A stretch of DNA of 30,386 nt from Planctomycetota bacterium. Lineage in GTDB: Bacteria; Planctomycetota; GCA-002687715; DRQF01. Positions within the stretch are counted from its first letter, which is position 1, and the number at the start of each line of letters is the position of its first letter. Shown piece after piece: positions 8,920 through 17,414 of the stretch. The translations under genes and the position numbers were made by a program. Location of the stretch: positions 18,253-48,638 of the forward strand of contig JALTLO010000049.1 in assembly GCA_027001995.1 (NCBI GenBank). The letters are read 5' to 3'. The notes beneath the pieces were generated by a model. The model had not been told where the DNA came from. It saw nothing but the letters and a program-made list of their open reading frames with translations, and did not search any database.

Positions 8920-10000
8920 TTCCATGGGTGACTCAGAAGATTCAGCAACCGCAGAAATCACGAAGAAAGCAAACATTCAAGAAGACAAAGTCGGGAGCGA
9001 CCAATACAAGACCAACCACATGAGCCTCATCTTCCAGGAAGGGCTCTCCTTCTCAGGCTTCGAACGCAACAAGTTTTTCTTAGGCGACGGCAGTGGTCGG
9101 TTTGTTGATCTCTCTGACTTAAGTGGAGCGGATTCGGAAATGGATTGTCGAGCCGCATGCCTGGCTGACTTCGACAACGACGGAGACCTGGACCTATTCG
9201 TCAACTCCATACAACGAAAAACACATCTGCTCTACCGCAATGACCTTCATCATGACGATCGTCATTTCATCAAGGTTATTCTTCGGGGTACAAGTGGACA
9301 TCCAGATGCCATTGGAGCGACAGTTACACTCCTAGGAAAATCGAAGCAAACACATGTAATCTCTGGAGGGCCTAGCTTCGAGTCTCAACCCGCATTACCT
9401 CACACTTTTGGCGTCAAAGGCAAGACTCAGCGAATCATTCAGGTCCGATGGCCTGGAGGAAATTTGGAGAGCTTTGCAGTCAGCCCCACAAGCGAAAAAC
9501 AAGGGAATCAAATCTCTATATTCGTACTCGAAGAAGGAAGCGGCAAAGCCAAGCGCCATAGCCAAAAATCTTTTGAGCTGGCGGGAGCAAAGAAGAATGT
9601 GGGCCTGTCGATTGGCAAGTTCTTGCCCAAACTGAGCTGGTCTACGACACCCAACGTCCCCATTGATATGATAAACAACGATCAACGGCCAACACTCATT
9701 AACTTCTGGTCGACCACCTGCGTCCCCTGCTTGAAAGAACTGCCCGACTTAGAAAAACTCCACGCAAGTGCTAAATACCGTCTCATGTTGGTGGACATGG
9801 ATGGATTGGCCCATCCAAAGCGGCGCTCTGAGCTATTGGCCCAATTAGCTCCCAGCCTCACCCATGGTTCATTGGACGATAAATCATTGGAGCGTCTCTT
9901 TGGCAGCTCCCAAACTCCTCTGCCAATGAGTATCATCCTAGAGGCAGATGGCCGCATTCGTCGTATCGTACGTGGCGTCATCTCTCTTGAAGACCTATAG
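8912..10000 (+). CDS. ASPIC/UnbV domain + TlpA-like thioredoxin (CxxC) region; probably the C-terminal part of the readthrough protein, not an independent gene
   Basis: SFSGFERNKFF, final FG-GAP repeat DFDNDGDLDL, DAIGATV, VRWPGG (ASPIC/UnbV), then LINFWSTTCVPCLKELPDL (TlpA/redoxin). Same frame as the upstream ORF; no RBS before GTG 8912. Confidence 0.8.
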   Translation: MASSMGDSEDSATAEITKKANIQEDKVGSDQYKTNHMSLIFQEGLSFSGFERNKFFLGDGSGRFVDLSDLSGADSEMDCRAACLADFDNDGDLDLFVNSIQRKTHLLYRNDLHHDDRHFIKVILRGTSGHPDAIGATVTLLGKSKQTHVISGGPSFESQPALPHTFGVKGKTQRIIQVRWPGGNLESFAVSPTSEKQGNQISIFVLEEGSGKAKRHSQKSFELAGAKKNVGLSIGKFLPKLSWSTTPNVPIDMINNDQRPTLINFWSTTCVPCLKELPDLEKLHASAKYRLMLVDMDGLAHPKRRSELLAQLAPSLTHGSLDDKSLERLFGSSQTPLPMSIILEADGRIRRIVRGVISLEDL

Positions 10001-10021
10001 ACCGAGCAAACGAGGCCGAAA

Positions 10022-13000
10022 ATGAACCTAATGCAACATTTCTCTTTGTTCTGCCTGATTATGACTCTTGCTGCTTGTGGCGATTCTCCCCAAGAACTCA
10101 AGGACAATGAGGCCACCCAAAAAAAGCCGAGTTTGTTCTCTTTGAGGAACCGAGCTCGTTTGCACGGTCGTCGCGATAGTGAAGAAGGATTTCAAGAATC
10201 GGCCGAAATCCTTGACCAGATTCTATTGCAAGACCCAAAAGACCTCCGGGCTTTGATGGATCGCTTGCGCTGTGCCCTCCAAATTGATGGACAGGCAAAA
10301 CAAGCCCTAGCGCTTTTGGCTAAAATCGACGCCTTAGAGGTTCCTTCCAGCCAGCGAATTCCATTGGCATTCTTGCGAGGTGTTGCACACAAACGCAACC
10401 AGAATCATAAGGTTGCTTGGAAAGCTTTTACTGAAGTCACTCAAGCACTTCCTGAGCATCCCCAAGGACGATATCAAGCCGGATGGGCCGCAGAAAAAGC
10501 CCAAGAGTTTCCGAGCGCACGTATCCATTTCGAGGAGCTCGTGTCAAAGAAACTGCTCGTCCGCCCCGCCGCCTACCGTCTTTACCGAGTTCTTCAGCGC
10601 CTAGGCGACAAAAATGGAATGAAAAAAGCCTTAGAGATTTACGAATCTCGGCCCAGTGACGAAAAACCAGCCACAGAGAAATGCTCTTTCATGGAGCCCA
10701 GTGTGGCACCCATCCTGTTAGACGAATCACTCGCAAAAAGTCCACCCTTGGTCTTCACTGCCGAAGAAATTGAGGTAAATCCTCCGTCGGAAAAATTGGC
10801 CAATTCCCTAACCTGGGTCTCAGCAGATTTCGACAATAGCGGAATCGAGAGTACGATCGTCATCAACAAGGGTTCCATTCAACTCTTGGCAAGCAAAACC
10901 AGCCCCAGTGAATCCCAAACATTGGCTGTTGAAGGGGCAAAGCAAATCAAAGCTGCCGGGCAAGCCATAGCCATTGACACAGATCATGATGGCGATCTGG
11001 ATGTGGTTTTCTTTGGACAAGGAAGTGACTCTGGCAACAAGCTCATGCTGCTTCGTAACCTCAGCCACGCCAAATTCAAATTGGAGTCTCTGTTCTCGAC
11101 AGAACTCGCCGATTCCTCCCAGGATCTCAATGTCTCTGCTGGCGATTTCGACGAAGGAAATGATATCGACATTGTCGTCGCCGGGGGAAATATAGCGGCA
11201 AGGGTCGCCATGAATCTCCGCAACGACCAATGGCGAGCATTCGAAGTCAAGGGGCAACCTCGTAGCTGGGTTGTGAGTGCCGATTTCACTCAAGACGGAA
11301 TGGCAGACCTCCTGGCTGTTGGCTCTTCCCAGGGGGCAAGCCTTTTTGTCAACACCAACAGAGAGAAGAAACGGGCGATTGCCGCCTTTAGCGATGAGAG
11401 AAAGATCGAAGGATTATCTCAGATCTGGAGGGGTGCCAAAGCTGCTGACTTAGACAACGACGGCGACTTGGATTGCATCCTTTGGGGCCAAGGAGTTAGG
11501 ATCCTCCGCAACCGAGGCCAAGGTCATTTCGACGTAGAAACTCCAACCCAAAACCAAGATCAAACGCTCGCGTCGATTTCTGTCCTTGATCGTGATCAAG
11601 ACGGTCGGCTAGAGATTGAACTGCTCTCCGACGCTGGCAAGACCAATTACAGCTTGGAGGTTGCTTCCAAGGAGATTGGCAATGCCATTGCTTTAGTCCC
11701 CGATGGCCGCAAAGACAATCGAGACGGAGTAGGAGCCATCGTTGAAGTCTTCGCCGGTCAGATTCATACAACGCGCATGGTTCTGAAAGGAGGCCCACTT
11801 CATTTCGGCCTGGGCAAGGAGCAGTTGGATGGATTCGCGATCCGTTGGCCCCAAGGCATTCGTCAATCTGTAGTTGGTAAGGACTTAGACGCCATCAACG
11901 ATGGACTGATCACAGTCAAGCAGAAGCAGGGATTGGTCGCCAGTTGCCCCTTTCTCTTTACCAAGGGTGAGAATGGATGGACTTACAAGTCCGACATTGT
12001 TGGCATCGCTCCTTTGGACGAATGGCTACCCCGAGGTGCTCAACCTCACCTCGATCCTGAAGAGTTCATTCGCATCGATGAAGATGAGCTCATCATCGAG
12101 AATGGCCAAGTTCGACTAGCCATTACCGAGGAACTTCGGGAGATTACCTACTTGGACCGGGTCGAGCTCTACTACATCGACAAGTCTCCCCGCCAAGTGA
12201 TCCTCACAGACGAGAGCACACGCCAAGAAGCCTACGGTCCTCTCAGGTTCTGGGAAACCAACCCAGAGACAATTCACCCCCCTGCTTCGGTCACTGTCGA
12301 TGGCAAAGATGTTCTTGCCGCAGTCCGGGCCTGCGACGGCAACTATCTCCACGGCTATCGGATGGGCCCAAGCCAACTTCTGGGTTGGGGACCACGGCAT
12401 GATTTAGAAATTGAATTGAGCAACGGTGCAGAAGCACTCTTCTTGCAAGGGCGGCTTGCCTGGTATGACTCCACCACTTCCTACGCGATGGCACAGAAAT
12501 CACTCACCTGGGAAGAGCCACGCCTGGAGATCTTGAGAGAAGACGGCCGATGGGCGCCGCTGGTACAGAGCATTGGCTTCCCCGCTGGCATGGACCGCAG
12601 CTTGATCATTAGATTCCCAGGAGGTTCACTGAGCTCAGGAAGGAAGATTCGTCTCATTTCGAACCAACGCTTCCTTTGGGATCGCATTGCTTTGATTTCA
12701 CACTTAAGTCCTGTCGAGATTGCCACATCCCCGACACATCCCATCAGCTCAAAGCAAGTCCAGCAAGCCGAAATGATAACAGCGACCCTCTTCGACCGAG
12801 GATTCTCGCGAACAAAAGGGTCAACAGAAAATCATGAGCAAAGATACTTGTGGCAGGCCGATCCCAAAGACGATTTCGACCGTGCCCGGGGTTGGGCCAC
12901 CGCTTTTGGTGACGTCAAAGAGCGCCTACTCCACCACGACGATTCTCTCTGCATTCTAGTTTCTGCTGATGCAATCGCACTTTCTTTTGCTGTAGAGCCC

Positions 13001-13177
13001 AAAGCTTCCCAAATGAAACGAACTTGGTTCCTTCGAGTTACGGGGTGGGCCAAAGAATCAAGTTTCCACAATCAAAGCGGACGAGACATCGCCCCTTTAC
13101 CCCATCGATCCATGAAAAGTTATCCCCCGGCAACAGAACGGCATCGGCAAGATCAAACCCGGCGGGTAACACGATAG
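10022..13177 (+). CDS. TPR + FG-GAP + ASPIC/UnbV-like lipoprotein with a large C-terminal domain
   Basis: Lipobox LAAC; helical TPR-like N-terminus; DxDxDGDLD repeats; DNRDGVGAIVEV, LHFGLG, IRWPQG; then ASCPFLF, ITEELREITYLD, GWAKE motifs; starts 21 nt after the preceding stop (operon). Confidence 0.85.
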   Translation: MNLMQHFSLFCLIMTLAACGDSPQELKDNEATQKKPSLFSLRNRARLHGRRDSEEGFQESAEILDQILLQDPKDLRALMDRLRCALQIDGQAKQALALLAKIDALEVPSSQRIPLAFLRGVAHKRNQNHKVAWKAFTEVTQALPEHPQGRYQAGWAAEKAQEFPSARIHFEELVSKKLLVRPAAYRLYRVLQRLGDKNGMKKALEIYESRPSDEKPATEKCSFMEPSVAPILLDESLAKSPPLVFTAEEIEVNPPSEKLANSLTWVSADFDNSGIESTIVINKGSIQLLASKTSPSESQTLAVEGAKQIKAAGQAIAIDTDHDGDLDVVFFGQGSDSGNKLMLLRNLSHAKFKLESLFSTELADSSQDLNVSAGDFDEGNDIDIVVAGGNIAARVAMNLRNDQWRAFEVKGQPRSWVVSADFTQDGMADLLAVGSSQGASLFVNTNREKKRAIAAFSDERKIEGLSQIWRGAKAADLDNDGDLDCILWGQGVRILRNRGQGHFDVETPTQNQDQTLASISVLDRDQDGRLEIELLSDAGKTNYSLEVASKEIGNAIALVPDGRKDNRDGVGAIVEVFAGQIHTTRMVLKGGPLHFGLGKEQLDGFAIRWPQGIRQSVVGKDLDAINDGLITVKQKQGLVASCPFLFTKGENGWTYKSDIVGIAPLDEWLPRGAQPHLDPEEFIRIDEDELIIENGQVRLAITEELREITYLDRVELYYIDKSPRQVILTDESTRQEAYGPLRFWETNPETIHPPASVTVDGKDVLAAVRACDGNYLHGYRMGPSQLLGWGPRHDLEIELSNGAEALFLQGRLAWYDSTTSYAMAQKSLTWEEPRLEILREDGRWAPLVQSIGFPAGMDRSLIIRFPGGSLSSGRKIRLISNQRFLWDRIALISHLSPVEIATSPTHPISSKQVQQAEMITATLFDRGFSRTKGSTENHEQRYLWQADPKDDFDRARGWATAFGDVKERLLHHDDSLCILVSADAIALSFAVEPKASQMKRTWFLRVTGWAKESSFHNQSGRDIAPLPHRSMKSYPPATERHRQDQTRRVTR

Positions 13178-13195
13178 GTCCCTTGGGGCTGTGGG

Positions 13196-13717
13196 TTAGC
13201 CTTGGGGCTGAAGAGAGAGTTCCAATCGCCCTCCATCCACAAGCCGTTCCATGGCCTCTATCACGAGATGACCCACAGTATCGACATACTCAAGATGTTT
13301 TGGGGAAGCCGTTTCCAGTGCGCGAAAAACTGCCCGTGCTTCGGTCTTTCCGGATGCCAGTCGGTCTTCGATTCTTTGGATGAATGCAGTGAACACATCG
13401 GGGTCAACGGAGTCAGACACCGCCAAGAACGGCTCAACCAACACAGCATTGATTTGACCCAACAAAGTAGCCGCCACTTGGTCCGGTGAATCTGGATGTT
13501 CCATAGAGCGCACGTCGTCGCTTATACCACGGTGGCCCAAAGAATCTGCCAGTATCTGAAGCAAGAGCTGCAAGGTTCTTTTGTCACCAGGGTGAGACAA
13601 AGAGACCTTATCCCGAGGCGGTTCTTCTCGCTCTTGTTTGTGTGATGGCTGCTGCTGCCCCCCAGCCACCCTCGAAAGCGGGGTGACGGCGTCAACAGCG
13701 CGGATGGGATCTGCCAT
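13196..13717 (-). CDS. Hypothetical protein, DUF5610-like
   Basis: Strong RBS AAGGAGG 6 nt before ATG 13717 (preferred over 13810); SPDQVA..LL, G..EAR.VF.AL, V..V..LV.EAM pattern recalls DUF5610 (from memory, not verified). Confidence 0.6.
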   Translation of the reverse strand: MADPIRAVDAVTPLSRVAGGQQQPSHKQEREEPPRDKVSLSHPGDKRTLQLLLQILADSLGHRGISDDVRSMEHPDSPDQVAATLLGQINAVLVEPFLAVSDSVDPDVFTAFIQRIEDRLASGKTEARAVFRALETASPKHLEYVDTVGHLVIEAMERLVDGGRLELSLQPQG

Positions 13718-13857
13718 TTCGATCCTCCTTACTGGGTGCTCTTCCTTCTCATCATGTTCGGAAGAACTCCCCAACGCTTGAGAAGAAGATCGATGGGAAT
13801 TTTGGAACAAGTCGGCCGGGCTTTCCCTCCGTTCTCAGCCCCATTTACCCGTGGATA

Positions 13858-13888
13858 TAAAAAAACCCCCGAGCTTCAAGCTCGGGGG
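13858..13888 (-). terminator. Rho-independent terminator (minus strand)
   Basis: Minus strand reads CCCCCGAGC-TTGAA-GCTCGGGGG-TTTTTTT. Confidence 0.85.
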
Positions 13889-14025
13889 AATAAGGACATG
13901 ATCGAGGGAAAAGATTTCAGGCGTAGAGAGGAAGGAAGGATTTTTACATGTAACTTGGACACAACCTCGATCATGTTGATTGGTTTGTTTGCCTAACGCT
14001 CACTCATCGTAGCGTCTGCTCCTAA
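13858..14025 (-). ncRNA. Candidate structured small RNA or leader (5' end uncertain)
   Basis: Intergenic; short hairpin, A-rich linker, perfect 12-bp inverted repeat (13896-13907 / 13965-13976) enclosing a CU-rich loop, then the terminator. Confidence 0.4.
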
Positions 14026-14247
14026 GAATGCAAAACAAATTCACAGGATTGAGCACAATCCTTGATGAATTCCGCAAGAAAGCCCCGCTTCCCAACCGAG
14101 CTTCCGGTCTCTCTTTTTCAGGCCAAACGGAAACCCTTACGACATAAAAGGTTGCCGACCCGGAGCCGAAAAAGCGACGCCACAGCTATGTACGATTCTG
14201 GCCGGGGCACCGCAAAAAAAGATCTGGATGCCTCAAATTTTGCTGGG

Positions 14248-15144
14248 TCAAAGCACCAAAGCGACGCCAAGACTCATGAGCCCAACGGCCCAATACTGGG
14301 AAGGTAGTATTTTCTCGCCGAAAACCCAGGAACCCAAAGCCAAGGCAGACACCATCCCAATGACCCGCTTGATGGTTTCCGCCAAGCCCACAAAGCCCTC
14401 TTGATAGGCGATTAGCTGGATTCCCAAGGCACAAACAGCGAAAGCCATGGCCCTTCCAAGAGCAAATCGGCAAGAACCCACCGCCAACAGGCCACGATGC
14501 TCCCGACGCAAGACGAGGACGACAAGGAGAACAACCCCAACGCCACCACTGAGAAAACATGCATGGGCCGAAATACTCGCCCGGCTCACAGCAATCTTGT
14601 CGAAAGGTGCGGCGATACCCCAGCAAATGGCGGTGACAATCATCAAGAGGCTACCCCGCTCCCGCCGCAGAGCCCGTAGAACCCCAGAGAATGCTCCCCC
14701 CACCCCTGCTGAAGAGTTCAAAGTCAAAGCTCCAGCCACGACACAGAGAACCCCGCCCCATTGTTCGGGCTCCAAGACTTCGCCAACGACAAAGAACGCC
14801 GACATCGCCGCGAAAGCTGGACTGAGAGAAAGAAATGGGATCGTCCTGCTCAAAGGTGAGATCGAGATGGCTTTGAGAAACAAAAGGTTAGCCAAGACGT
14901 TCATCGCGACAGACAGGATGGCTGGAGGGAAGTAGCCCGACCTTAAAGGCGTCTGGGGCGCGACAAGAAACCAGATACCAAAGAAGGAAAACGTCGCCGC
15001 CACAAGCCACACCAGAATGACCGTGGCCGGCAGCTCTTCGAGAAGCTTCTTCCGGGAAAAGTCCAACCCGGCGAAGGCAACACCAGCCAATACGGCGGAA
15101 ATAATGAAAGTCGTAGTCAAAATTGTGAAGGGTGTCCCGTCCAT
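14248..15144 (-). CDS. EamA/DMT family transporter
   Basis: About 10 TM segments in two repeats; KAISISPLSRTIPFLSLSPAF, GE motifs at the end of each repeat. Confidence 0.88.
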   Translation of the reverse strand: MDGTPFTILTTTFIISAVLAGVAFAGLDFSRKKLLEELPATVILVWLVAATFSFFGIWFLVAPQTPLRSGYFPPAILSVAMNVLANLLFLKAISISPLSRTIPFLSLSPAFAAMSAFFVVGEVLEPEQWGGVLCVVAGALTLNSSAGVGGAFSGVLRALRRERGSLLMIVTAICWGIAAPFDKIAVSRASISAHACFLSGGVGVVLLVVLVLRREHRGLLAVGSCRFALGRAMAFAVCALGIQLIAYQEGFVGLAETIKRVIGMVSALALGSWVFGEKILPSQYWAVGLMSLGVALVL

Positions 15145-15173
15145 CTCATAGGAGATGGACAGGGCAACGAATC

Positions 15174-17204
15174 CTAATTCAGGCCAATCTCTCGAAGAAG
15201 GCGCTTGGCGCCGTACACCACATCCAAAGCGTGAGCAATCAAACGCGTGTCAACACAAACAGAACGACACGTCACCTCCTCGTAGAGGTTGTCGGTCAAA
15301 AGACTCTGGATATTCCCGTCAAAAAGGAGCCCCACGATTTCCCCATTTCGATTCACCACTGGGCTTCCGGAATTTCCGCCAGTCGTGTCACCTGTGCAAA
15401 CGAAATCCATGGGAGTGTCCATGTCCAAGTTCTTAGCCGCCTCCAACCACCTCTTGGGAAGATCAAAGGGTGCCTTGTTTCCGAAGGAACTGTTGCGCCC
15501 AAAAAGCCCCCACAGATTCGTCATCGCAGGCACATCAGTTGTTCCAAGTTCGTAGCCTTTGACCACACCGAAACTCAGACGCAAAGTGAAAGTGGCATCG
15601 GGATAAATGGTCTTCCCGTAAGTCCGGAATCGAGCCGCCGCAATCCGTTTCAATGCTTTCTCCTCCGCCTCCCGCAGACGATTGATTTCTTGTCCATGTC
15701 GCAAATTAGCCTCACGCTTGAGGCGAGCTAAAGCCAAGAGAGGTTCGGCTTTCAGCGCGTCAGCCAGCGGAATCTTTCCGCTCAGAAGGTGTCGAATGAA
15801 CTGAGGATCGCGTAGTTGAGTCCTTTCCACCATCAAATTGGCGGCGGCTTTCGGGCTGTCATCGCCAAGAGCAGTCCGCACGAAGGGATGCAACTCACCA
15901 AGAACAGACTTGGAAGTGGCGAAACTAGCTGCCAAGTAACGCCGAGCTAATTCCTCGTTGATGTCCCGCTCTTCCAGCGACTTCAGTTTCTTCACCAAGT
16001 TCTTGCCTTTGAAACCCAGAGCACGCTCATTCTCCGGCTTCGCCAATTGGGACAAGATGCGCTCAACATCCTGGGCCAAACGGCCAAGAGAGCCGTCCAT
16101 TCTCAGGAAAGCTGTTTCCTTGTATAGCAAGCCCCAGATTTGGCGCCCTTTTTCAATGGCTTCGAAGTCTCTCAACGCCGGATCTGATTCAGGTAGCTTG
16201 GCTTTGAAAGCAGACTCTCTGGCAACCATGGCACTCCAGATCTTGGGATCGACGAAAGAACGATAGTTGCCACGATAGAATTTCAGGCTATTCCGCAACG
16301 AGAATATGTCTTCCAAGACTTCGATCTTTTGTTCGTGCCCAAGAGAGGCGTAGTCATTGAGTACTGCTTCGCGGTCTTCGATCAACTTGATGATGGCTGG
16401 CACGCGCACATCACGCTTGAACTCCAACTGTCCCATTGTCTCATAGCGCCCAGTACTCGCTGGGTTCCCTGAGATAAAGATGAGATCACCTTCCTTGACT
16501 CCCGTTGGAGCCCATTCGAGATAGTCGGGTGTTTGAGCGGGTTTGCCATTCTCGTATGCCCGTAGGAATGAAGCATCAAGGCAGTACCGTGGATAACAAA
16601 AATTGTCGCGATCACCGCCGAAGAACCCAAGTTGCTTCTCAGGCGCCCAAACAAGCCGGACGTCATCAAAAACTCTATAGTAATACATGAAATGCTGGGC
16701 ACCTCCATGCATGGGCACGACTTCGCATTTGTGCCCTGAAGAACGAGACTCATTTTTTTCCAACATGGCGATCAGATTGCGCCGGGCAACCCCGGTCTTG
16801 GTGATCTTGTCGCTGATATTCTTCATCTGAACAAGCTGGTAGAGTTCAGCGCCGGGAATCTTGATCTCGTCTGCCAAAGTACTGGCCAAGAATCCCTTCT
16901 CCACCAAATCGGAACTGACGCTGGATAGTTGGTTGATGAATTCGAGGGCAACGTGGTGATTCGTTGCAACGAGGCCCTCAGAAGAAATGAATGACCCAGA
17001 CCCACCAGAACTAATCTTGACGGATGACATCCTCAGGTGCTTGAGCCACCCATTGCTGGGCTCGAAGCCATATTTCTCTTTCAGCAACTTGAGAGGTAAG
17101 TCATGAAACGGCCACATCCCTTCATCAGGAGAAGGGGTGGGCTTCGAAGTCATGGCCACAGCCAGAACGGTCAAAAGAGGCAATAGGATTCGGCGAGGTT
17201 TCAT
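15174..17204 (-). CDS. S46 family peptidase (dipeptidyl-peptidase 7/11-like)
   Basis: Signal peptide, DEGMW, GSGSFIS.EGLVATNHHV (catalytic His), DVRLV.AP, FGGDRDNF.YPR, YPDATFTLRLSFG, DTTGGNSGSPV (catalytic Ser), GLLFDGN. Confidence 0.93.
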   Translation of the reverse strand: MKPRRILLPLLTVLAVAMTSKPTPSPDEGMWPFHDLPLKLLKEKYGFEPSNGWLKHLRMSSVKISSGGSGSFISSEGLVATNHHVALEFINQLSSVSSDLVEKGFLASTLADEIKIPGAELYQLVQMKNISDKITKTGVARRNLIAMLEKNESRSSGHKCEVVPMHGGAQHFMYYYRVFDDVRLVWAPEKQLGFFGGDRDNFCYPRYCLDASFLRAYENGKPAQTPDYLEWAPTGVKEGDLIFISGNPASTGRYETMGQLEFKRDVRVPAIIKLIEDREAVLNDYASLGHEQKIEVLEDIFSLRNSLKFYRGNYRSFVDPKIWSAMVARESAFKAKLPESDPALRDFEAIEKGRQIWGLLYKETAFLRMDGSLGRLAQDVERILSQLAKPENERALGFKGKNLVKKLKSLEERDINEELARRYLAASFATSKSVLGELHPFVRTALGDDSPKAAANLMVERTQLRDPQFIRHLLSGKIPLADALKAEPLLALARLKREANLRHGQEINRLREAEEKALKRIAAARFRTYGKTIYPDATFTLRLSFGVVKGYELGTTDVPAMTNLWGLFGRNSSFGNKAPFDLPKRWLEAAKNLDMDTPMDFVCTGDTTGGNSGSPVVNRNGEIVGLLFDGNIQSLLTDNLYEEVTCRSVCVDTRLIAHALDVVYGAKRLLREIGLN

Positions 17205-17414
17205 GGTTCAACTCATCTCCAAATGAGAACTCAGAGGACGTGAAAAGAAGTCTAACGCCAAAGAATACGACCGTCGATCCAATCTCCAGATTTCACCATA
17301 TTGGGCTGGCATCCCAACCTGATTGCATATAGAAACGAGCAGAAGATATCGTCTTCCTTTCCTGTCTCCTTATGACGGGACCCGGAAGGAATAAAGGTGT
17401 AGGAAAGTAATACC

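Larger units (their letters stand above)
7151..10000 (+). other. Proposed full-length selenoprotein CDS (949 aa, Sec at residue 580)
   Basis: One continuous frame with a single internal TGA; reads ...GDSLKDT-U-SVYWRHVVASSMG...; SECIS-like hairpin; domain architecture continuous across the stop. Confidence 0.7.

Noticed and set aside
13181..13210. 11-bp direct repeat CCTTGGGGCTG between convergent stops
   Set aside because: Only two copies 19 nt apart, with no transposase or spacer structure; not a CRISPR or a convincing target-site duplication.
13960..14000. c-di-GMP-I riboswitch suggested by GGCAAAC on the minus strand
   Set aside because: No GNRA-capped P2 stem or following GACGCAAAGC-like segment.
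17308..17328. sigma54 promoter TGGCATCCCAACCTGATTGCA upstream of the 17415 gene
   Set aside because: GG-to-GC spacing is not 10 nt.
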